A DNA stretch of 64,000 bases from Candidatus Fervidifonticultor secundus (GTDB lineage Bacteria; Sysuimicrobiota; Sysuimicrobiia; Sysuimicrobiales; Humicultoraceae). Both the position numbers and the translations under genes were made by a program. The stretch is taken from contig JAVKIP010000005.1 of the NCBI GenBank assembly GCA_031459385.1, positions 32,001 through 96,000 on the forward strand, read 5' to 3'. The number at the start of each line of letters is the position of its first letter. The first letter of the stretch is position 1. The notes below the pieces were generated by a model, which saw only the letters and a program-made list of their open reading frames with translations, ran no database searches and was not told where the DNA came from. Shown here piece by piece: positions 20,607-30,173 of the stretch.

Positions 20607-21719
20607 TCAGGGCGTGAGGGCGATGTGGATCGCCGAGGGATCGACGCGCTCGCCGAGCACGCGGAGGGCCTGGTCCGCCTCGGCGAGCGCAAACGCATGG
20701 GTGCGCAGCCGCTCCAGCGGGTAGCGCCGCGAGGCAATGATGCGCAGCGCCTCCTCCGCCGACGCGAAGTCGCGGCCGCGCACGCCCTTGACGGTCAGCG
20801 CGTGCCGCACAACCAAGTCGTGCGGGAAGTCGCCCGCCCGCCCGTGCTTGGCGGCCGCCAGGATCACCGTCCCGCCCGTGCGCGCCATCCGCACCGCCGC
20901 CGCCGTCGTCTCCGCGGCGTCGGGCGCCAGGTCGACGACCACGTCGGCCATGGCGCCGCCGGTGATCTCCCGCACCGCCTCCACCGGATCGGTGGTGGCT
21001 GCCTCGACCGCCACCGCGCCCAGGGCCTCTGCAGCCTGCAGCCGTGCCCCGCGCGTGCGGCCCACAGCGACCACGCACGCTGCGCCGCCGTCGCGGGCCG
21101 CCACCACGCACCCCAGCCCGTGGGCACCCGGGCCGATGACGACCGCCACGCCGCCGCGCGGCATCTGCCCCTCCTTGAGCACCCACCGGATGCCGTTGGA
21201 GACCGGCACGAAGAGCGTCGCCAGGTCGGCCGGCAGGTCCGGCGGCACCCGGTGCACCAGGGCGCGGGGATGCAGGTAGAGGAGCTCGCTGAAGCCGCCC
21301 CACAGCGCCGGCGGCACGTCTACCGACGTCGCGCCGTAGCGCAAAAACGGCCGCTCGGACCGCGAGTCGGTGGCGTCGCACAGCGCCGGCCGGCCGGTGA
21401 AGCAGAACTGGCAGTGCCCGCACGGCAGGAACTCCTCTACGGCGACGCGGTCGCCGGCGGCCACGCGCCAGCGCGCGGCCGCGCGCGCGCCCACCGCCAC
21501 CACGCGGCCCACGATCTCGTGCCCGAGGATCAGCGGCCCCAGGTGCGCGCCCCGCCGGCGGATGTAGAACTCCCAATCGGTCCCGCACAGGCCGCACGCC
21601 TCCACGGCCAGCACCCCGTCGTCGGGTCCGACGGCGGGCGCGGGGAACGTGCGCAGTTCGGTGACGCCCGGGGCCGGCGTCACCGCAGCGCGGACGGGCG
21701 CGCGAGGGTCCATGGCCAC
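20607..21719 (-). CDS. Zn-dependent medium-chain alcohol dehydrogenase
   Basis: CGLCGTD, GHE, CGHCQFCFTGRPALC, GPGAHG. Confidence 0.92.
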   Translation of the reverse strand: MAMDPRAPVRAAVTPAPGVTELRTFPAPAVGPDDGVLAVEACGLCGTDWEFYIRRRGAHLGPLILGHEIVGRVVAVGARAAARWRVAAGDRVAVEEFLPCGHCQFCFTGRPALCDATDSRSERPFLRYGATSVDVPPALWGGFSELLYLHPRALVHRVPPDLPADLATLFVPVSNGIRWVLKEGQMPRGGVAVVIGPGAHGLGCVVAARDGGAACVVAVGRTRGARLQAAEALGAVAVEAATTDPVEAVREITGGAMADVVVDLAPDAAETTAAAVRMARTGGTVILAAAKHGRAGDFPHDLVVRHALTVKGVRGRDFASAEEALRIIASRRYPLERLRTHAFALAEADQALRVLGERVDPSAIHIALTP

Positions 21720-21722
21720 GGA

Positions 21723-22199
21723 TCAGCCCTCGTCGATGTCGGGCTCGGGGAGCGCCACCAGGTCGCTGGTGTCCACCAGGGGCGCGAAGTCCATGTGGCG
21801 CGCGCGCAGCAGCGCCTCCAGCTCCTGCGCGCTCAGCAGGATCCCGAGCCCCGCGTTCATGTCCCGCACGAACAGGGCCTCCGCGGCCTCCGCGCGCGCT
21901 ATGGCCACGCCCACCAGCGCGAACTCGTTCTGCAGGCGCTCCAGCGGCGCGCCCGCCGCCGCGCGCAGGAGGGCCTCGTCGGGCGGCGCGTGCGGGCCCG
22001 GCAGCAGCGCCCAGGGCAGATGACGGGCGCGCGTCAACCCCTCCAGCTCGAGGGGGTCAAGCCAGGCCTCGGCAGGCTCGCGGGTCAGCCGGCGCAGGCG
22101 CAGCCGGGGCCCGGTGGGCGTTTCGAACCGGCTGACCTCGACGTCGCCCAGCCGGGCCAGGGTGACGTCGCGCACGTCGAAGCCCCGGGAAGATGGCAT
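21723..22199 (-). CDS. Small hypothetical protein, tandem duplication of a domain seen in Rieske-oxygenase (pht-type) operons
   Basis: ATG 2 bp below beta-subunit stop; two related halves (DVEVSRFETPTGPRLRL...WLDPLELEGLT and NEFALVGV...LSAQELEALL). Confidence 0.7.
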   Translation of the reverse strand: MPSSRGFDVRDVTLARLGDVEVSRFETPTGPRLRLRRLTREPAEAWLDPLELEGLTRARHLPWALLPGPHAPPDEALLRAAAGAPLERLQNEFALVGVAIARAEAAEALFVRDMNAGLGILLSAQELEALLRARHMDFAPLVDTSDLVALPEPDIDEG

Positions 22200-22201
22200 C
22201 G

Positions 22202-22738
22202 CTACGGGATGAACGAGAGGTTGTACTGCGGCTGGTCGGACGTCAGCAGCACAACCTTTTTGAGCGCGATCTTCCACGCGCCGTCCACCGGCCGCAGCCG
22301 GTACTCGCAGCGCGCCGCAAACAGCCGCGGGGCGTTGAGCCCCTCCTGGCCGGGCCCACCCGGCCGGATCTCCGCGATCAGCTGGCGGCAGTGGACGACC
22401 GCCTCGCCGCTGCTGCCGTCGGCGCGGACCTCGACGTTCGAGACGAACCGCAGCGTGCGCGACGGGGGGTTCTGGTCCAGCACCGGCGTGCGCGTCAGCC
22501 GGTAGACCCGTTCGTGCAGCCGCCGCCGGTCGTCGTAGATGATGGCCACTGCCGCGGCCGGCTCCTTCTCGGGGTCGATCGGCAGCCAGTACACCGCATC
22601 GTCCGTGAAGAGCGCCTCCCACTCCTCGAACCGCCGCTCGTCCAGCAGCCGGGCCTCGGCGAACAGGAACCGCTCGGCCTCCGGGACCGTAAGCGCGGGG
22701 GCCACCGGTGCTACCTCCGGGCCATCAGACGCTGCCAC
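22202..22738 (-). CDS. Aromatic ring-hydroxylating dioxygenase beta subunit
   Basis: FLFAEARLLDERRFEEWEALFTDDAVYWLP, PPSRTLRFVSNV, WKIALKKVVL. Confidence 0.93.
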   Translation of the reverse strand: MAASDGPEVAPVAPALTVPEAERFLFAEARLLDERRFEEWEALFTDDAVYWLPIDPEKEPAAAVAIIYDDRRRLHERVYRLTRTPVLDQNPPSRTLRFVSNVEVRADGSSGEAVVHCRQLIAEIRPGGPGQEGLNAPRLFAARCEYRLRPVDGAWKIALKKVVLLTSDQPQYNLSFIP

Positions 22739-23985
22739 TGGCGGTAGAGCGCGCGCTGGGGCGCCTCATCGGTCGTGTGCCCGATCCACTCGCCCGCGTC
22801 GTACCGCTCGCGGTGCTGGCCGCGGTTGAGCAGGTTCCACGGCTCGCCCCGCGCCCGGACGCCGCTCTGCACCTCGGTGAACACCTCGATGTCATCGGGT
22901 GAGCCGAACCCGGCCGGGCCGAAGAAGCGCTCGTGGCCGCGGAACCGGCCCTGGTTGATGGCGTCGGGCACGCCCTCCAGGGCGTAGACGTAGAGCTGGA
23001 CCTCGGTCCGGTCCACGGCCTTGGGAACGATCACCCGCAGGTGCGTCTCGAACAGATAGAGGTTGGGGAAGACGAAGATGTTCCGGCGCGCCGAGATCTC
23101 CAGCAGCTGATCGTCGCCGTAGCGGGCGCGCATCGCCTCTGCGTACTCCGGGTACCGGTGCATCATGCGCGCGGTCCAGCTCGAGTTGGGGTTCAGGCTG
23201 CCGGGCCGCTCCAGCACGCCATGGCCGCCCGCCAGGCCCCGGGTGCAGCCGGCCTGCCGGTACTGCTGGGTCTCCTCCACCGACGACTCCTTCGAGAGGG
23301 CCAGCACGCGCTGCCAGGAGAGGTGCACGTAGTTGCCGTGGTAGCCATCGGCGCCGTTCTCGGCCTGCAGCTTCCAGTTGCCCGGGTACTCGTAGCGGTG
23401 CGGCGGCAACGAAACGACGATCGCCTCGACCGGCGAGCGGCCGAACCACCAGTCGATGTAGCGCCGCACCGGGGCCAGGTGCTCGGCCAGGCTGGCGCCC
23501 TCACTGGAGAGGTTCACGAAGAGCAGCCCGCGGTAGCTCTCCAGCCGGCCGACGGGGACGAGCCCGTAGCGGCTGCGGTCGAAGTCGTCAGGGTACCCGG
23601 TGCTCTGCGCCATGCCGATCAGCGCGCCGTTGTTGGCGTAGACCCAGTTGTGGTAGCGGCAGCGGAAGAAGTTGGAGTGGCCCCGCTCCTGGCGGCAGAC
23701 GACCGCGCCCCGGTGCCGGCAGCGGTTGTAGAGAGCGTAGATCCGGCCGTCCTCGTGGCGGGAGAGGATCACGGGCTGGGTGCCGACGACCACGGTCTTG
23801 TAGTCGCCCGGCGCCGCCAGCTCCGAGGAGTGCCCGACGTAGACCCAGCTGCGCTCGAAGATGCGGTCCATCTCCGCCGCGAACACGTCGGGATCGGTGA
23901 AGACGGCGCCGTGGACCCGGAACGCGCCAGGATCGTCCCGTACCAGGTCCGCGTACGCCCCTACCCGGTCTTCCGTCACCGCCAT
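22711..23985 (-). CDS. Aromatic ring-hydroxylating (Rieske) dioxygenase alpha subunit, benzoate/phthalate-like class
   Basis: Rieske CRH...CRYH; mononuclear Fe site NWKLQAENGADGYHGNYVH and PDDIE. Confidence 0.94.
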   Translation of the reverse strand: MAVTEDRVGAYADLVRDDPGAFRVHGAVFTDPDVFAAEMDRIFERSWVYVGHSSELAAPGDYKTVVVGTQPVILSRHEDGRIYALYNRCRHRGAVVCRQERGHSNFFRCRYHNWVYANNGALIGMAQSTGYPDDFDRSRYGLVPVGRLESYRGLLFVNLSSEGASLAEHLAPVRRYIDWWFGRSPVEAIVVSLPPHRYEYPGNWKLQAENGADGYHGNYVHLSWQRVLALSKESSVEETQQYRQAGCTRGLAGGHGVLERPGSLNPNSSWTARMMHRYPEYAEAMRARYGDDQLLEISARRNIFVFPNLYLFETHLRVIVPKAVDRTEVQLYVYALEGVPDAINQGRFRGHERFFGPAGFGSPDDIEVFTEVQSGVRARGEPWNLLNRGQHRERYDAGEWIGHTTDEAPQRALYRQWQRLMARR

Positions 23986-24057
23986 CGCCGCGCGCGCCCC
24001 CCGGCGCCACCTGCAGCGGCAACGCCCTCCTGCCCGCTGCGCTGCGGCGGCGCCGGC

Positions 24058-24070
24058 ACGAGTATAGCAT
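24058..24070. promoter_or_regulatory. Overlapping divergent -10 elements (extended -10 TGcTATACT on minus; TAGCAT on plus)
   Basis: AGTATAGCAT at 24061-24070 is an AT-rich patch in the gap between the divergent Rieske and ABC operons. Confidence 0.5.
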
Positions 24071-24131
24071 GCAGGAAGCGCTGTCCCCTCCACGAACCCA
24101 GGCCAGAAAGCGGTCCCGGGGGGGTCCTGAG

Positions 24132-25157
24132 ATGCGGGGTGCAGGTGTTCTCCGGGCAGTTCTGGGTGGCCTGCTGCTCGGTGTGCTCGTGGGGGCGGCC
24201 GGGATGCCGGCGCCGGCCCAGGCCGACCTGGCGGGGGCAGCGCGGCGCGAGGGCAGGGTCGTCGTCTACGGCTCGATGGAGACCGACGTCTTCGAGGTGA
24301 TCAGGAAGATCTACGAGGGCCGCTACGGCGTCCAGGTGGACTACTGGCGGGCCGCCAGCAACCGCGTCATGGACCGCGTGCTCACCGAGACCCGCGCTGG
24401 CCGGCCGCTGTTCGACGTGGTGCTCACCAACCGGAGCCCCATGCTGATCCTCAAGCGCGCGGGCGCCTTCGCGCGGTTTGCGGCGCCGTCGTACGAGGCG
24501 TTCCCCGCCCCGACGCACGACCGCGACGGGATCCTGTCGCCGTCGTACCGCGTGGTCGTCGTCAGCGCCCTGTTCAACACGCGGCTGCTCCGGCCCGAGG
24601 ACGCGCCGCGGACGCTGCCCGACCTGCTCGACCCGAAGTGGAAGGGCCGGCTGGTCATGCCCGATCCCACCCAGCACACCACGACCGCGGTCTGGCTCGC
24701 CAACCTCCAGAAGATCCTGGGCGCGCAGCACAGGAGCTTCATCGAACGCCTGGCGGGCCAAGTGGGGCTGGTGGAGTCGTTCATCCCCGCGGTGCAGAAG
24801 GTCATCGCGGGCGAGTACCCGGTGGGCATCTCCTACGTGAAGTACGTCCACGTCTTCGGCCAGGACGGCGCGCCGCTGGACTACGCCCGGCTGAACCCCG
24901 TGCTGGCCGAGGCCCACCACGTGGCGCTGGGCGCCAGGGCGGCGCACCCGAACGCGGGCAAGCTGCTCATCGACACGCTCACCTCTCGGGCCGGGCTGCT
25001 GGCCCTGGCGCGGGCCGGCGAGTTCGTACTGGTCCCCGGCGTCTACCCGCCCATCAAGGACGCGGAGAAGCTGCGCGTCGTCCCTATGGACGACCTGGAC
25101 GAGGACGAGCTCAAGCAGTTCCGCGAGGAGTTCGGCCGCCTCTTCGTCAGGCGCTGA
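24132..25157 (+). CDS. Fe3+/AfuA-family ABC substrate-binding protein
   Basis: Signal peptide, EGRVVVYGS, DLLDPKWKG, AAHPNAGKLLID. Confidence 0.88.
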   Translation: MRGAGVLRAVLGGLLLGVLVGAAGMPAPAQADLAGAARREGRVVVYGSMETDVFEVIRKIYEGRYGVQVDYWRAASNRVMDRVLTETRAGRPLFDVVLTNRSPMLILKRAGAFARFAAPSYEAFPAPTHDRDGILSPSYRVVVVSALFNTRLLRPEDAPRTLPDLLDPKWKGRLVMPDPTQHTTTAVWLANLQKILGAQHRSFIERLAGQVGLVESFIPAVQKVIAGEYPVGISYVKYVHVFGQDGAPLDYARLNPVLAEAHHVALGARAAHPNAGKLLIDTLTSRAGLLALARAGEFVLVPGVYPPIKDAEKLRVVPMDDLDEDELKQFREEFGRLFVRR

Positions 25158-25161
25158 CCCC

Positions 25162-26886
25162 GTGGCCACCGGCGTCGCAGGGGGCCAGCGCCGCGCGGCG
25201 CCGGCCGCTTCCCTGGACCCCATCACGGGCCTCACCCTGGCGGTCGGGGTGGTGCTGGGGTTCCTGGCGCTCTACCCGACCGTCATGCTGTTCGTCGGCA
25301 GCTTCAGTGACGCGCCCCTGGGCGAGCCCGGCCGGTTCACCCTGGCCCACTACGCCCGGGCCTACGGCGACCCCGCCACCTACCGCCTGATCGGCACCTC
25401 GATCGTCTTCGCCGCCGGCTCCGCGGCGCTGTCGCTACTCCTGGCCGGGCCGCTGGCGTGGATCACCGTGCGGACCAACGCGCCCGGCCGGGCCCTCTTC
25501 GAGCTGGTCGCCCTGGCCCCCAACGTCCTCCCGCCGCTGCTGATCGCGACGGCGTGGGTCCTGCTGCTGAGCCCGCGCATCGGCCTGCTCAACCTGGCCA
25601 TCGCGCGTCCGCTGGGGCTGCCGCCGTTCAACGTCTACTCGATGCCCGGCATGATCCTCGTCGAAGGCCTCATCCTCGCGCCGCTGGCGTTCCTCATCAT
25701 GGCCGCGGCGCTGCGCTCGATGGATCCGGCCCTGGAGGACGCCGCGCGCGTCGTCGGCGCAGGCACCCTGCAGGTGGCCAGGCGCGTCTCGGTGCCCCTC
25801 GTCCTGCCGGCTCTGCTGGCTGCGGGCATTCTGAACTTCGTGCGCGCCATCGAGAGCTTCGACACGCCCGCCATCATCGCGCTGCCCGCCCGGATCGAGG
25901 TGTTGACCACCAAGATCTTCCGGGAGGCCCTGGCCGACTATCCCCCTAACCACAACCTGGCGGCTACCTACGCCATGAGCCTGCTGGCCATCACCCTGGG
26001 GTTCGTCTACCTCTACCGGCGCCTGACGGGTCGCACGGAGCGGTTCGCCACCGTCACCGGCCGCGGCTACCGGCCCCAGCCCATCGACCTGGGTCCCTGG
26101 CGGTATGCGGCCTCCACGGCGGCGCTGCTGCTGCTGGCCCTGATGGTGCTGTTGCCGTTCGCGGTCCTGGCGTTCACCTCGCTGATGCCGTTCTACGAGG
26201 TGCCCACGCGCGCCACCCTGCGCCTCGTAACGCTGAAGCACTACGCCTACCTGCTGGACAGCCAGCGGGTGGCGCGCGCGCTGCAGATCAGCGTCACCCT
26301 GGCCGTGGTGGGCGCCACGCTGGCGATGCTCCTGGCGGCGGTCGTCGCCTACCTGACCGTCCGCGCCCGGGTTCCCGGGCGTGGCCTGCTGGAGGTACTG
26401 GCGTTCATCCCCTGGGCGTTCCCGGGCGGCGCGCTGGCCATCGGGCTGCTGTGGGGCTACGTGCGGTTCCCCGTCGCCATCTACGCCACCATCTGGATCC
26501 TGTTGATCGCCTACGTGACCCGCTTCCTCCCCTACGGCCTGCGGGCCATGACCAGCACCATCGTCCAGGTGCACGGCGAGCTGGAGGAGATCTCGCGGGT
26601 CTGCGGCGCCGGGCTCGCCTATACCTTCCGGCGCATCCTCCTGCCGCTGCTGGGCCCAGGCTTCCTCGCGGGGTGGGTGATCCTGGCCACGATCTTCATG
26701 CGCGAGTTCAGCACCTCGCTGTTCCTCTACACGCCGCGCTCCGAGCCGCTGGGCCCGCTCCTCTACCACCTGTGGATCGACGGCCAGCAGGGCCGCATGG
26801 CGGCCCTGGGCGTGGTGGTCAGCCTGATCTCCCTGGCGCTGGTGGCGGTGGTGCGGCGGGTGACGCGGACGGCGCAGGCGGGCTGA
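25162..26886 (+). CDS. Fe3+-family ABC permease (paralog of 15231..16973)
   Basis: DPALEDAA and GELEEIS loops; shared FATVTGRG and IAYVTRFLPYG motifs. Confidence 0.9.
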   Translation: MATGVAGGQRRAAPAASLDPITGLTLAVGVVLGFLALYPTVMLFVGSFSDAPLGEPGRFTLAHYARAYGDPATYRLIGTSIVFAAGSAALSLLLAGPLAWITVRTNAPGRALFELVALAPNVLPPLLIATAWVLLLSPRIGLLNLAIARPLGLPPFNVYSMPGMILVEGLILAPLAFLIMAAALRSMDPALEDAARVVGAGTLQVARRVSVPLVLPALLAAGILNFVRAIESFDTPAIIALPARIEVLTTKIFREALADYPPNHNLAATYAMSLLAITLGFVYLYRRLTGRTERFATVTGRGYRPQPIDLGPWRYAASTAALLLLALMVLLPFAVLAFTSLMPFYEVPTRATLRLVTLKHYAYLLDSQRVARALQISVTLAVVGATLAMLLAAVVAYLTVRARVPGRGLLEVLAFIPWAFPGGALAIGLLWGYVRFPVAIYATIWILLIAYVTRFLPYGLRAMTSTIVQVHGELEEISRVCGAGLAYTFRRILLPLLGPGFLAGWVILATIFMREFSTSLFLYTPRSEPLGPLLYHLWIDGQQGRMAALGVVVSLISLALVAVVRRVTRTAQAG

Positions 26887-27985
26887 CCTCCGACGGGAGC
26901 GCGGGGAGCACGATGAGCCGTGCGGGATCGATCAGGCCCCAGACGCGATCGCCGGGCGCGAATCCCACGGGCCCGTAGGCCAGCAGCGAGAGCGTCCCGG
27001 CAGCCAGACGGTACTTCACGCGGGTCCCCTCGAACAGCGCGGAGACCACCTCGCCTTCCACCGCGTTGGGTAGCCCGTCCGGCGGGCGCTGGCGGGCGAG
27101 GTGCACGTGTTCGGGCCGGACGCCCACCACCACCGGGATCCCGGGTGCCACGCGGCCCGGGGCCGCGCACCGCAACGGCCCCGCAGCCGTGAGCACCGCC
27201 ACGTCGTCGGCGCCAGCGCCCACCACCCGGCCGCTGAGGTAGCTGATCTCCCCGAGGAAGGTGGCGGTGAACCGGTGCTGCGGGCGGGCGTAGAGCTCGT
27301 GGGGCGTCCCGACCTCCACCACCCGGCCGGCCTCCATCACGGCCACGACGTCGGAGAGGGCCAGGGCCTCCAGCTGGTCGTGGGTGACGTAGATGGTGGT
27401 AATACCGAGCCGTCGCTGGAGCGCGCGGAGGTCCTCCCGCACCACTTCGCGGATCTTGGCGTCCAGGTTGGACAGCGGCTCGTCCAGCAGCAGGACCTCC
27501 GGCTCGTACACCAGCGCCCGCGCCAGCGCCACGCGCTGCTGCTGGCCGCCGCTCAAAAACGGCGCCGGCCGCTCCTCCAGCCCCTCCAGCCCTACCAGCG
27601 CCAGGACCGCGCGGACGCGCTCGGCCACCTGGCGGCGCGGCAGCCGGCGCACCTCCATGGGGTAGGCGACGTTCTCGAAGACCGACAGGTGCGGCCAGAT
27701 CGCGTACGACTGGAAGACCATCCCGACGTTGCGGCGCTCCGGCGGGGTGAAGATGCGCCGGGCGCGGCTGAAGATGACGCGGTCGTCGAAGAGGATCTCG
27801 CCCTCGTCGGGCCGCTCCAGCCCGGCGATGCAACGCAGCGTGGTCGACTTCCCGCATCCGCTGGGACCCAGGAGCGTCAGGATCTGCCCCTGGGGTGCCT
27901 CGAGCGAGACGCCGTCCACCGCCCGCACGACCTGCCGGGCGAGCCGGTGGAGCTTCACCAGGTCGATCAGGCGGACCGCGGGCAT
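26819..27985 (-). CDS. ABC ATP-binding protein (FbpC-like), convergent on its permease
   Basis: GPSGCGKST, LSGGQQQR, LDEPLSNLDAK. Confidence 0.92.
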   Translation of the reverse strand: MPAVRLIDLVKLHRLARQVVRAVDGVSLEAPQGQILTLLGPSGCGKSTTLRCIAGLERPDEGEILFDDRVIFSRARRIFTPPERRNVGMVFQSYAIWPHLSVFENVAYPMEVRRLPRRQVAERVRAVLALVGLEGLEERPAPFLSGGQQQRVALARALVYEPEVLLLDEPLSNLDAKIREVVREDLRALQRRLGITTIYVTHDQLEALALSDVVAVMEAGRVVEVGTPHELYARPQHRFTATFLGEISYLSGRVVGAGADDVAVLTAAGPLRCAAPGRVAPGIPVVVGVRPEHVHLARQRPPDGLPNAVEGEVVSALFEGTRVKYRLAAGTLSLLAYGPVGFAPGDRVWGLIDPARLIVLPALPSEVSPPAPSASPAAPPPPAPGRSG

Positions 27986-28002
27986 GCGATAATGCCCCTG
28001 GT

Positions 28003-28470
28003 ATGAGCCCGGACCTGCGCGCGCAGGTGCTGCGCTACCTGGAGACCCACAACACCCTCACCCTGGCCACGGTGGGCCCGCAGGGCCCCTGGGCGGCCGC
28101 GCTCTTCTACGTCAACGACGGCCTGGTGCTCTACTGGCTCTCCGATCCCCACGCCCGCCACTCGCAAAACCTCGCCTCCTGCCCGCAGGTGGCCGTCGCC
28201 ATCCACGAGGACTACCGGGACTGGCAGCGCATTCAGGGCCTGCAAATGGAAGGAACCGCTACGCCGGTCGGCCGGCCGACCGACGCCGAGGGCCCCATGC
28301 GCCGGTACGCCGCCAAGTACCCCTTCCTCGGCGACTGGCGCGCGCCCCCCGCCGCGCTGGCCCGGGCCCTCGAGATCGTGCACGTCTACCGGTTCGTCCC
28401 CGCGCGGGTGCTGTTCATCGACAACACCCGCGGATTCGGGCACCGCGAGGAGCTCCAGCCCCTGGCCTAG
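28003..28470 (+). CDS. Pyridoxamine 5'-phosphate oxidase-like FMN split-barrel protein (YhbP-like)
   Basis: TLTLAT, PWAAALFY, HSQNL, WQRIQGLQMEG, FIDNTRGFGHREEL. Confidence 0.85.
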   Translation: MSPDLRAQVLRYLETHNTLTLATVGPQGPWAAALFYVNDGLVLYWLSDPHARHSQNLASCPQVAVAIHEDYRDWQRIQGLQMEGTATPVGRPTDAEGPMRRYAAKYPFLGDWRAPPAALARALEIVHVYRFVPARVLFIDNTRGFGHREELQPLA

Positions 28471-28501
28471 CGGTCCCGCCCCGGCACCGCGCGCGGCCTC
28501 C

Positions 28502-30064
28502 TCACCGGCCCGTCCGCGCCAGCAGCTCCACCCATCCGCGCATCAGGGACTTCCCCTTGGCGATCTGGTCCGGCGCGAAGAACCGCTCCAGCGCCACCCG
28601 CTGGATGGGGTACACCGGCCGCTGGAAGTCCTTTTCGTACCCGAACGGCACCGTGGCGTCGATAGCCATCCCGCCCTCGAACCGGGTGTTCATCGCCGTC
28701 CACTGGCGGTCGCCGGCCGTCAGCCGCTCCTCCGGGATGAACGTCTGGCCCGCGCCGCCCGGTACCGGGTTCAGGATGTCGGTGCGCGGGTTCACGCGGG
28801 TCGTGAGGCACCAGATGATCTCGTCCATGTTGTAGATGTCCACGTCGTGGTCCACCGCGATGGCCAGGCGCATCCCCTGGCTGCACGCCATGGCCGCCAC
28901 CAGGAAGTTGCGCACGTGGCCGTCGTCGGTCTTCAGCCGCTTCTTGACCTGGATGATGCACCCGCCCCAGTCGGTCATGGGAAAGGGAATGTTCACGTCC
29001 TGCACAATCCCGGGCTGGAGCCGCTCGCACAGCTCGTAGATGGCCGACTCGCGCACCGTGGTGTCGATGTTGTGGCAGTCCAGCATGTGGACACCCAAAA
29101 CGTAGAAGATCAGCCGGGGATCGGGTCGGCGCATGGTGATCCCGGTGACGTGGAAGGTGGGCGCCCGGTACGCCTTGCCCATGTACCCTGCCCACTCGGG
29201 ATGGAAGGGGAACTTGCCCTGCAGGCCGGCCGCCTCGGCTTCGGCGGTCTCGTAGCGCTTGTCGCGCGGGTAGAGGTGCCCTTCCAGCACCAGGTCGCAG
29301 TCGGCCACCGCCCACGCGTCCACGGTGCGGGCCTTGACGATCCGGATGGGGAACCCCTGGACCGCGCCGGCGGCACCCAGCTCATCGGAGCCCCGCGGCA
29401 GCACCACGTAGTCGAAGCCGCTGCCGGCGATCAGGGTCGCGGCCGGCGGGAGGCCGAAGCACATGGTGAGCGGGATGGGCCGGTCGTCGTGGTAGTGCTC
29501 CGAGATGACCTGCCACATGTGGGACCCCGGCGCCGACTGGAACGTGCAGACGTTGCCCCACCGGGCGTTCATCCGGTTGTAGCCGATGTGGCTCCCCCCG
29601 TGGAAGTACGGGCCCACCACCACGCTGTTGCCGCTGCCGATGGTCCGCTCCGATTCCAGCTCGGTGTGCCGAACCGCCACCACCCACTTGTTGACCTCCA
29701 GATCGTCGGTGATGACCACCTGCTGGCAGGGCGCCTCGTCCTGGGGCACCTCCACCGGCGGAATGGGATGGGTAATGGCGTAGGCGAGCTTGCGGGTGCG
29801 GGCGACCGGGCTCTCCCAGCCGAACATCCGGTCCACGATCCCCATGTTGGCGAACAGGTTGGTCACGACCTGCGCGTGGGGGTAGCCCTTGACGTTCTTG
29901 AACAGAATGGGATAGCTGCCGTCCAGATGCTTCTGGACGCCCATGATCTCCAGGTCAGGGTCCACCGGCACCTCGGTCTCCAGGAGCAGACCCTCCTCCC
30001 GGAGCCAGTCCACTGTCCCCTCCAGCGTGGCAATCTTGCTCGCGACCTGCACGGGTACTGCCAT
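28502..30064 (-). CDS. ubiD: UbiD-family prFMN decarboxylase, phthaloyl-CoA decarboxylase (PhtDa/Pcd)-like
   Basis: PDLEI, GGSHIGYNRM, HPEWAGYMGKAY, MTDWGGCIIQVKKR, WCLTTRVNP, IDATVP, C-terminal LARTGR; these match my recollection of the Pcd clade (not aligned). Confidence 0.88.
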   Translation of the reverse strand: MAVPVQVASKIATLEGTVDWLREEGLLLETEVPVDPDLEIMGVQKHLDGSYPILFKNVKGYPHAQVVTNLFANMGIVDRMFGWESPVARTRKLAYAITHPIPPVEVPQDEAPCQQVVITDDLEVNKWVVAVRHTELESERTIGSGNSVVVGPYFHGGSHIGYNRMNARWGNVCTFQSAPGSHMWQVISEHYHDDRPIPLTMCFGLPPAATLIAGSGFDYVVLPRGSDELGAAGAVQGFPIRIVKARTVDAWAVADCDLVLEGHLYPRDKRYETAEAEAAGLQGKFPFHPEWAGYMGKAYRAPTFHVTGITMRRPDPRLIFYVLGVHMLDCHNIDTTVRESAIYELCERLQPGIVQDVNIPFPMTDWGGCIIQVKKRLKTDDGHVRNFLVAAMACSQGMRLAIAVDHDVDIYNMDEIIWCLTTRVNPRTDILNPVPGGAGQTFIPEERLTAGDRQWTAMNTRFEGGMAIDATVPFGYEKDFQRPVYPIQRVALERFFAPDQIAKGKSLMRGWVELLARTGR

Positions 30065-30173
30065 GCCACTGTCCCTCCTCCCTTTGGGTGCAGCGGGCCG
30101 GCGCGACCGACGCGGGGCGGCATCACGGTCCCGCCGGGCTCGCCCCGCACCTGCGCCCTGTGCCGTCCTACGG

